Origin: Auanema rhodensis
Taxonomy: Eukaryota > Animalia > Nematoda
Reading direction: 5' to 3'
NCBI GenBank assembly: GCA_964057225.1
Contig: OZ059895.1
Location: 3,410,001 to 3,474,000 of the forward strand
Length of the DNA: 64,000 nt
In this document: positions 1 to 10,300 of the stretch, piece after piece
Numbering within the stretch: the first letter of the stretch is position 1
Layout: each line of letters begins with the position of its first letter
Program-made: the position numbers and the translations under genes
The notes under the pieces: generated by a model
Told to the model about the DNA's origin: nothing
Databases searched by the model: none
Seen by the model: the letters and a program-made list of their open reading frames with translations, nothing else

Positions 1-295
1 ACAAAAAAATTGGAATGTGATCACATGTTCTGATGTTTTGAAGGGCATGTTTTACTAGCCTACGTAGGAAAACATCCATTCAAGCAACAGAACTTGGGAA
101 GATCCATGTCTGATTAGACGGTCAGTTCATTATTTAAGGGTAACCTGTGCTGCGTATATTTTATGGGTGTACAAAAATCAAAGTTCTTAATCAAAGTTTA
201 GAAAACAAACTGAGTGAAAGTTGAAAAAATCTGAATTAAAATCTTTCCAACATAGTGTTCAACATATGATATATTACTATCTTTACAAGATAGAT

Positions 296-504
296 ACAAA
301 AAAATTGGAATGTGATCACATGTTCTGATGCTTTGAAGGGCATGTTTTACTAGCCTACGTAGGAAAACATCCGTTCAAGCAACAGAACTTGGGAAGATCC
401 ATGTCTGATTAGACGGTCAGTTCATTATCTAAGGGTAACCTGTGCTGCGTATAATTTATGGGTGTACAAAAATCAAAGTTTATTACTATCTTTACAAAAT
501 AGAT
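296..504 (+). repeat. Representative short monomer S (209 bp), lacking the 85/86-bp module
   Basis: Junction AAAATCAAAGTT|TATTACTATC, compared with AAAATCAAAGTT-[CTTAATC...CATATGATA]-TATTACTATC in long units (module = 186-271 in the first monomer). Confidence 0.95.
322..388. other. 67-bp imperfect inverted repeat (hairpin/cruciform potential) in the shared monomer core; example copy
   Basis: Left arm GTTCTGATGCTTTGAAGGGCATGTTTTACTAGCCTAC versus the reverse complement of the right arm, GTTCTGTTGCTTGAA(T/C)GGATGTTTTCCTAC. 28 of 30 right-arm bases are complementary, with left-arm bulges of 1, 1 and 5 nt. The centre is the perfect palindrome CCTACGTAGG. Confidence 0.85.
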
Positions 505-798
505 ACAAAAAAATTGGAATGTGATCACATGTTCTGATGTTTTGAAGGGCATGTTTTACTAGCCTACGTAGGAAAACATCCATTCAAGCAACAGAACTAG
601 GAAAGATCCATGTCTGATTAGTCGGTCAGTTCATTATTTAAGGGTAACCTGTGCTGCGTATAATTTATGGGTGTACAAAAATCAAAGTTCTTAATCAAAG
701 TTTAAAAAACAAACTGAATAAAAGTTAGAAAATCTGAATTAAAATCTTTCCAACATAGTGTTCAACATATGATATATTACTATCTTTACAAGATAGAT
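505..798 (+). repeat. Representative long monomer L2 (294 bp)
   Basis: Diagnostic block TAATTTATGGGTGTACAAAAATCAAAGTTCTTAATCAAAGTTTAAAAAACAAACTGAATAAAAGTTAGAAAATCTG. Confidence 0.95.
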
Positions 799-1007
799 AC
801 AAAAAAATTGGAATGTGATCACATGTTCTGATGCTTTGAAGGGCATGTTTTACTAGCCTACGTAGGAAAACATCCATTCAAGCAACAGAACTAGGAAAGA
901 TCCATGTCTGATTAGTCGGTCAGTTCATTATTTAAGGGTAACCTGTGCTGCGTATAATTTATGGGTGTACAAAAATCAAAGTTTATTACTATCTTTACAA
1001 GATAGAT

Positions 1008-1302
1008 ACAAAAAAATTGGAATGTGATCACATGTTCTGATGCTTTGAAGGGCATGTTTTACTAGCCTACGTAGGAAAACATCCATTCAAGCAACAGAAC
1101 TAGGAAAGATCCATGTCTGATTAGACGGTCAGTTCATTATTTAAGGGTAACCTGTGCTGCGTATATTTTATGGGTGTACAAACAACAAGGTTCTTAATCA
1201 AAGTTTAGAAAACAAACTGAGTGAAAGTTGAAAAAATCTGAATTAAAATCTTTCCAACATAGTGTTCAACATATGATATATTACTATCTTTACAAGATAG
1301 AT
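1008..1302 (+). repeat. Representative long monomer L1 (295 bp)
   Basis: Diagnostic block TATTTTATGGGTGTACAAACAACAAGGTTCTTAATCAAAGTTTAGAAAACAAACTGAGTGAAAGTTGAAAAAATCTG. Confidence 0.95.
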
Positions 1303-3107
1303 ACAAAAAAATTGGAATGTGATCACATGTTCTGATGCTTTGAAGGGCATGTTTTACTAGCCTACGTAGGAAAACATCCATTCAAGCAACAGAACTAGGA
1401 AAGATCCATGTCTGATTAGACGGTCAGTTCATTATTTAAGGGTAACCTGTGCTGCGTATATTTTATGGGTGTACAAACAACAAGGTTCTTAATCAAAGTT
1501 TAGAAAACAAACTGAGTGAAAGTTGAAAAAATCTGAATTAAAATCTTTCCAACATAGTGTTCAACATATGATATATTACTATCTTTACAAGATAGATACA
1601 AAAAAATTGGAATGTGATCACATGTTCTGATGCTTTGAAGGGCATGTTTTACTAGCCTACGTAGGAAAACATCCATTCAAGCAACAGAACTTGGGAAGAT
1701 CCATGTCTGATTAGACGGTCAGTTCATTATTTAAGGGTAACCTGTGCTGCGTATATTTTATGGGTGTACAAACAACAAGGTTCTTAATCAAAGTTTAGAA
1801 AACAAACTGAGTGAAAGTTGAAAAAATCTGAATTAAAATCTTTCCAACATAGTGTTCAACATATGATATATTACTATCTTTACAAGATAGATACAAAAAA
1901 ATTGGAATGTGATCACATGTTCTGATGCTTTGAAGGGCATGTTTTACTAGCCTACGTAGGAAAACATCCGTTCAAGCAACAGAACTTGGGAAGATCCATG
2001 TCTGATTAGACGGTCAGTTCATTATTTAAGGGTAACCTGTGCTGCGTATAATTTATGGGTGTACAAAAATCAAAGTTTATTACTATCTTTACAAAATAGA
2101 TACAAAAAAATTGGAATGTGATCACATGTTCTGATGTTTTGAAGGGCATGTTTTACTAGCCTACGTAGGAAAACATCCATTCAAGCAACAGAACTAGGAA
2201 AGATCCATGTCTGATTAGTCGGTCAGTTCATTATTTAAGGGTAACCTGTGCTGCGTATAATTTATGGGTGTACAAAAATCAAAGTTCTTAATCAAAGTTT
2301 AAAAAACAAACTGAATAAAAGTTAGAAAATCTGAATTAAAATCTTTCCAACATAGTGTTCAACATATGATATATTACTATCTTTACAAAATAGATACAAA
2401 AAAATTGGAATGTGATCACATGTTCTGATGCTTTGAAGGGCATGTTTTACTAGCCTACGTAGGAAAACATCCATTCAACCAACAGAACTAGGAAAGATCC
2501 ATGTCTGATTAGTCGGTCAGTTCATTATTTAAGGGTAACCTGTGCTGCGTATAATTTATGGGTGTACAAAAATCAAAGTTTATTACTATCTTTACAAGAT
2601 AGATACAAAAAAATTGGAATGTGATCACATGTTCTGATGCTTTGAAGGGCATGTTTTACAAGCCTACGTAGGAAAACATCCGTTCAAGCAACAGAACTTG
2701 GGAAGATCCATGTCTGATTAGACGGTCAGTTCATTATTTAAGGGTAACCTGTGCTGCGTATAATTTATGGGTGTACAAAAATCAAAGTTTATTACTATCT
2801 TTACAAAATAGATACAAAAAAATTGGAATGTGATCACATGTTCTGATGTTTTGAAGGGCATGTTTTACTAGCCTACGTAGGAAAACATCCATTCAAGCAA
2901 CAGAACTAGGAAAGATCCATGTCTGATTAGTCGATCAGTTCATTATTTAAGGGTAACCTGTGCTGCGTATAATTTATGGGTGTACAAAAATCAAAGTTCT
3001 TAATCAAAGTTTAAAAAACAAACTGAATAAAAGTTAGAAAATCTGAATTAAAATCTTTCCAACATAGTGTTCAACATATGATATATTACTATCTTTACAA
3101 GATAGAT

Positions 3108-5123
3108 ACAAAAAAATTGGAATGTGATCACATGTTCTGATGCTTTGAAGGGCATGTTTTACTAGCCTACGTAGGAAAACATCCATTCAAGCAACAGAAC
3201 TAGGAAAGATCCATGTCTGATTAGTCGGTCAGTTCATTATTTAAGGGTAACCTGTGCTGCGTATAATTTATGGGTGTACAAAAATCAAAGTTTATTACTA
3301 TCTTTACAAGATAGATACAAAAAAATTGGAATCTGATCACATGTTCTGATGCTTTGAAGGGCATGTTTTACTAGCCTACGTAGGAAAACATCCGTTCAAG
3401 CAACAGAACTTGGGAAGATCCATGTCTGATTAGACGGTCAGTTCATTATTTAAGGGTAACCTGTGCTGCGTATATTTTATGGGTGTACAAACAACAAGGT
3501 TCTTAATCAAAGTTTAGAAAACAAACTGAGTGAAAGTTGAAAAAATCTGAATTAAAATCTTTCCAACATAGTGTTCAACATATGATATATTACTATCTTT
3601 ACAAGATAGATACAAAAAAATTGGAATGTGGTCACATGTTCTGATGCTTTGAAGGGCATGTTTTACTAGCCTACGTAGGAAAACATTCGTTCAAGCAACA
3701 GAACTTGGAAAGATCCATGTCTGATTAGTCGGTCATTTCATTATTTAAGGGTAACCTGTGCTGCGTATAATTTATGGGTGTACAAAAATCAAAGTTTATT
3801 ACTATCTTTACAAGATAGATACAAAAAAATTGGAATGTGATCACATGTTCTGATGCTTTGAAGGGCATGTTTTACTAGCCTACGTAGGAAAACATCCATT
3901 CAAGCAACAGAACTTGGTAAGATCCATGTCTGATTAGACGGTCAGTTCATTATTTAAGGGTAACCTGTGCTGCGTATATTTTATGGGTGTACAAACAACA
4001 AGGTTCTTAATCAAAGTTTAGAAAACAAACTGAGTGAAAGTTGAAAAAATCTGAATTAAAATCTTTCCAACATAGTGTTCAACATATGATATATTACTAT
4101 CTTTACAAGATAGATACAAAAAAATTGGAATGTGATCACATGTTCTGATGCTTTGAAGGGCATGTTTTACTAGCCTACGTAGGAAAACATCCATTCAAGC
4201 AACAGAACTAGGAAAGATCCATGTCTGATTAGTCGGTCAGTTCATTATTTAAGGGTAACCTGTGCTGCGTATAATTTATGGGTGTACAAAAATCAAAGTT
4301 TATTACTATCTTTACAAGATAGATACAAAAAAATTGGAATCTGATCACATGTTCTGATGCTTTGAAGGGCATGTTTTACTAGCCTACGTAGGAAAACATC
4401 CGTTCAAGCAACAGAACTTGGGAAGATCCATGTCTGATTAGACGGTCAGTTCATTATTTAAGGGTAACCTGTGCTGCGTATATTTTATGGGTGTACAAAC
4501 AACAAGGTTCTTAATCAAAGTTTAGAAAACAAACTGAGTGAAAGTTGAAAAAATCTGAATTAAAATCTTTCCAACATAGTGTTCAACATATGATATATTA
4601 CTATCTTTACAAGATAGATACAAAAAAATTGGAATGTGGTCACATGTTCTGATGCTTTGAAGGGCATGTTTTACTAGCCTACGTAGGAAAACATTCGTTC
4701 AAGCAACAGAACTTGGAAAGATCCATGTCTGATTAGTCGGTCATTTCATTATTTAAGGGTAACCTGTGCTGCGTATAATTTATGGGTGTACAAAAATCAA
4801 AGTTTATTACTATCTTTACAAGATAGATACAAAAAAATTGGAATGTGATCACATGTTCTGATGCTTTGAAGGGCATGTTTTACTAGCCTACGTAGGAAAA
4901 CATCCATTCAAGCAACAGAACTTGGTAAGATCCATGTCTGATTAGACGGTCAGTTCATTATTTAAGGGTAACCTGTGCTGCGTATATTTTATGGGTGTAC
5001 AAACAACAAGGTTCTTAATCAAAGTTTAGAAAACAAACTGAGTGAAAGTTGAAAAAATCTGAATTAAAATCTTTCCAACATAGTGTTCAACATATGATAT
5101 ATTACTATCTTTACAAGATAGAT
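3108..5123 (+). repeat. 4-monomer HOR (S-L1-S-L1), 1008 bp x2; repeated again at 11548-13563
   Basis: ACATTCG at 3683/4691, and GGTCATTTC and GGAATCTG recur at +1008. 2x209+2x295=1008. Confidence 0.88.
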
Positions 5124-7321
5124 ACAAAAAAATTGGAATGTGATCACATGTTCTGATGCTTTGAAGGGCATGTTTTACTAGCCTACGTAGGAAAACATCC
5201 GTTCAAGCAACAGAACTTGGGAAGATCCATGTCTGATTAGACGGTCAGTTCATTATTTAAGGGTAACCTGTGCTGCGTATAATTTATGGGTGTACAAAAA
5301 TCAAAGTTTATTACTATCTTTACAAAATAGATACAAAAAAATTGGAATGTGATCACATGTTCTGATGTTTTGAAGGGCATGTTTTACTAGCCTACGTAGG
5401 AAAACATCCATTCAAGCAACAGAACTTGGTAAGATCCATGTCTGATTAGACGGTCAGTTCATTATTTAAGGGTAACCTGTGCTGCGTATATTTTATGGGT
5501 GTACAAACAACAAGGTTCTTAATCAAAGTTTAGAAAACAAACTGAGTGAAAGTTGAAAAAATCTGAATTAAAATCTTTCCAACATAGTGTTCAACATATG
5601 ATATATTACTATCTTTACAAGATAGATACAAAAAAATTGGAATCTGATCACATGTTCTGATGCTTTGAAGGGCATGTTTTACTAGCCTACGTAGGAAAAC
5701 ATCCGTTCAAGCAACAGAACTTGGGAAGATCCATGTCTGATTAGACGGTCAGTTCATTATTTAAGGGTAACCTGTGCTGCGTATATTTTATGGGTGTACA
5801 AACAACAAGGTTCTTAATCAAAGTTTAGAAAACAAACTGAGTGAAAGTTGAAAAAATCTGAATTAAAATCTTTCCAACATAGTGTTCAACATATGATATA
5901 TTACTATCTTTACAAGATAGATACAAAAAAATTGGAATGTGGTCACATGTTCTGATGCTTTGAAGGGCATGTTTTACTAGCCTACGTAGGAAAACATCCG
6001 TTTAAGCAACAGAACTTGGAAAGATCCATGTCTGATTAGTCGGTCAGTTCATTATTTAAGGGTAACCTGTGCTGCGTATAATTTATGGGTGTACAAAAAT
6101 CAAAGTTTATTACTATCTTTACAAGATAGATACAAAAAAATTGGAATGTGATCACATGTTCTGATGCTTTGAAGGGCATGTTTTACTAGCCTACGTAGGA
6201 AAACATCCATTCAAGCAACAGAACTTGGTAAGATCCATGTCTGATTAGACGGTCAGTTCATTATTTAAGGGTAACCTGTGCTGCGTATATTTTATGGGTG
6301 TACAAACAACAAGGTTCTTAATCAAAGTTTAGAAAACAAACTGAGTGAAAGTTGAAAAAATCTGAATTAAAATCTTTCCAACATAGTGTTCAACATATGA
6401 TATATTACTATCTTTACAAGATAGATACAAAAAAATTGGAATGTGATCACATGTTCTGATGCTTTGAAGGGCATGTTTTACTAGCCTACGTAGGAAAACA
6501 TCCGTTCAAGCAACAGAACTTGGGAAGATCCATGTCTGATTAGACGGTCAGTTCATTATTTAAGGGTAACCTGTGCTGCGTATAATTTATGGGTGTACAA
6601 AAATCAAAGTTTATTACTATCTTTACAAAATAGATACAAAAAAATTGGAATGTGATCACATGTTCTGATGTTTTGAAGGGCATGTTTTACTAGCCTACGT
6701 AGGAAAACATCCATTCAAGCAACAGAACTTGGTAAGATCCATGTCTGATTAGACGGTCAGTTCATTATTTAAGGGTAACCTGTGCTGCGTATATTTTATG
6801 GGTGTACAAACAACAAGGTTCTTAATCAAAGTTTAGAAAACAAACTGAGTGAAAGTTGAAAAAATCTGAATTAAAATCTTTCCAACATAGTGTTCAACAT
6901 ATGATATATTACTATCTTTACAAGATAGATACAAAAAAATTGGAATCTGATCACATGTTCTGATGCTTTGAAGGGCATGTTTTACTAGCCTACGTAGGAA
7001 AACATCCGTTCAAGCAACAGAACTTGGGAAGATCCATGTCTGATTAGACGGTCAGTTCATTATTTAAGGGTAACCTGTGCTGCGTATATTTTATGGGTGT
7101 ACAAACAACAAGGTTCTTAATCAAAGTTTAGAAAACAAACTGAGTGAAAGTTGAAAAATCTGAATTAAAATCTTTCCAACATAGTGTTCAACATATGATA
7201 TATTACTATCTTTACAAGATAGATACAAAAAAATTGGAATGTGGTCACATGTTCTGATGCTTTGAAGGGCATGTTTTACTAGCCTACGTAGGAAAACATC
7301 CGTTCAAGCAACAGAACTTGG
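4829..7321 (+). repeat. 5-monomer HOR (L1-S-L1-L1-S), 1303 bp, about 2 copies; repeated again at +8440
   Basis: AATCTGATCA at 5641/6944, and the CTTGGTAAG variants recur at +1303. 3x295+2x209=1303. Confidence 0.82.
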
Positions 7322-10300
7322 GAAGATCCATGTCTGATTAGACGGTCAGTTCATTATCTAAGGGTAACCTGTGCTGCGTATAATTTATGGGTGTACAAAA
7401 ATCAAAGTTTATTACTATCTTTACAAAATAGATACAAAAAAATTGGAATGTGATCACATGTTCTGATGTTTTGAAGGGCATGTTTTACTAGCCTACGTAG
7501 GAAAACATCCATTCAAGCAACAGAACTAGGAAAGATCCATGTCTGATTAGTCGGTCAGTTCATTATTTAAGGGTAACCTGTGCTGCGTATAATTTATGGG
7601 TGTACAAAAATCAAAGTTCTTAATCAAAGTTTAAAAAACAAACTGAATAAAAGTTAGAAAATCTGAATTAAAATCTTTCCAACATAGTGTTCAACATATG
7701 ATATATTACTATCTTTACAAGATAGATACAAAAAAATTGGAATGTGATCACATGTTCTGATGCTTTGAAGGGCATGTTTTACTAGCCTACGTAGGAAAAC
7801 ATCCATTCAAGCAACAGAACTAGGAAAGATCCATGTCTGATTAGTCGGTCAGTTCATTATTTAAGGGTAACCTGTGCTGCGTATAATTTATGGGTGTACA
7901 AAAATCAAAGTTTATTACTATCTTTACAAGATAGATACAAAAAAATTGGAATGTGATCACATGTTCTGATGCTTTGAAGGGCATGTTTTACTAGCCTACG
8001 TAGGAAAACATCCATTCAAGCAACAGAACTAGGAAAGATCCATGTCTGATTAGACGGTCAGTTCATTATTTAAGGGTAACCTGTGCTGCGTATATTTTAT
8101 GGGTGTACAAACAACAAGGTTCTTAATCAAAGTTTAGAAAACAAACTGAGTGAAAGTTGAAAAAATCTGAATTAAAATCTTTCCAACATAGTGTTCAACA
8201 TATGATATATTACTATCTTTACAAAATAGATACAAAAAAATTGGAATGTGATCACATGTTCTGATGCTTTGAAGGGCATGTTTTACTAGCCTACGTAGGA
8301 AAACATCCGTTCAAGCAACAGAACTTGGGAAGATCCATGTCTGATTAGACGGTCAGTTCATTATTTAAGGGTAACCTGTGCTGCGTATAATTTATGGGTG
8401 TACAAAAATCAAAGTTTATTACTATCTTTACAAAATAGATACAAAAAAATTGGAATGTGATCACATGTTCTGATGTTTTGAAGGGCATGTTTTACTAGCC
8501 TACGTAGGAAAACATCCATTCAAGCAACAGAACTTGGGAAGATCCATGTCTGATTAGACGGTCAGTTCATTATTTAAGGGTAACCTGTGCTGCGTATATT
8601 TTATGGGTGTACAAAAATCAAAGTTCTTAATCAAAGTTTAGAAAACAAACTGAGTGAAAGTTGAAAAAATCTGAATTAAAATCTTTCCAACATAGTGTTC
8701 AACATATGATATATTACTATCTTTACAAGATAGATACAAAAAAATTGGAATGTGATCACATGTTCTGATGCTTTGAAGGGCATGTTTTACTAGCCTACGT
8801 AGGAAAACATCCGTTCAAGCAACAGAACTTGGGAAGATCCATGTCTGATTAGACGGTCAGTTCATTATCTAAGGGTAACCTGTGCTGCGTATAATTTATG
8901 GGTGTACAAAAATCAAAGTTTATTACTATCTTTACAAAATAGATACAAAAAAATTGGAATGTGATCACATGTTCTGATGTTTTGAAGGGCATGTTTTACT
9001 AGCCTACGTAGGAAAACATCCATTCAAGCAACAGAACTAGGAAAGATCCATGTCTGATTAGTCGGTCAGTTCATTATTTAAGGGTAACCTGTGCTGCGTA
9101 TAATTTATGGGTGTACAAAAATCAAAGTTCTTAATCAAAGTTTAAAAAACAAACTGAATAAAAGTTAGAAAATCTGAATTAAAATCTTTCCAACATAGTG
9201 TTCAACATATGATATATTACTATCTTTACAAGATAGATACAAAAGAATTGGAATGTGATCACATGTTCTGATGCTTTGAAGGGCATGTTTTACTAGCCTA
9301 CGTAGGAAAACATCCATTCAAGCAACAGAACTAGGAAAGATCCATGTCTGATTAGTCGGTCAGTTCATTATTTAAGGGTAACCTGTGCTGCGTATAATTT
9401 ATGGGTGTACAAAAATCAAAGTTTATTACTATCTTTACAAGATAGATACAAAAAAATTGGAATGTGATCACATGTTCTGATGCTTTGAAGGGCATGTTTT
9501 ACTAGCCTACGTAGGAAAACATCCATTCAAGCAACAGAACTAGGAAAGATCCATGTCTGATTAGACGGTCAGTTCATTATTTAAGGGTAACCTGTGCTGC
9601 GTATATTTTATGGGTGTACAAACAACAAGGTTCTTAATCAAAGTTTAGAAAACAAACTGAGTGAAAGTTGAAAAAATCTGAATTAAAATCTTTCCAACAT
9701 AGTGTTCAACATATGATATATTACTATCTTTACAAGATAGATACAAAAAAATTGGAATGTGATCACATGTTCTGATGCTTTGAAGGGCATGTTTTACTAG
9801 CCTACGTAGGAAAACATCCATTCAAGCAACAGAACTAGGAAAGATCCATGTCTGATTAGACGGTCAGTTCATTATTTAAGGGTAACCTGTGCTGCGTATA
9901 TTTTATGGGTGTACAAACAACAAGGTTCTTAATCAAAGTTTAGAAAACAAACTGAGTGAAAGTTGAAAAAATCTGAATTAAAATCTTTCCAACATAGTGT
10001 TCAACATATGATATATTACTATCTTTACAAGATAGATACAAAAAAATTGGAATGTGATCACATGTTCTGATGCTTTGAAGGGCATGTTTTACTAGCCTAC
10101 GTAGGAAAACATCCATTCAAGCAACAGAACTTGGGAAGATCCATGTCTGATTAGACGGTCAGTTCATTATTTAAGGGTAACCTGTGCTGCGTATATTTTA
10201 TGGGTGTACAAACAACAAGGTTCTTAATCAAAGTTTAGAAAACAAACTGAGTGAAAGTTGAAAAAATCTGAATTAAAATCTTTCCAACATAGTGTTCAAC

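Noticed and set aside
27-93. Monomer as a MITE or Helitron-derived element (inverted repeat plus CTAG)
   Set aside because: There are no target-site duplications or element termini, and the CTAG lies inside the hairpin bulge rather than downstream of a terminal hairpin. A transposon origin cannot be excluded without a Dfam/Repbase search.
133-140. TTTAAGGG as a telomere-like motif
   Set aside because: It is a single degenerate copy per monomer, not tandem, and expected by chance.
1-295. 5S rRNA, tRNA, snRNA or spliced-leader tandem gene unit
   Set aside because: I cannot see pol III A/B/C boxes, a cloverleaf or recognisable conserved RNA sequence. An Rfam/Infernal search would settle it.
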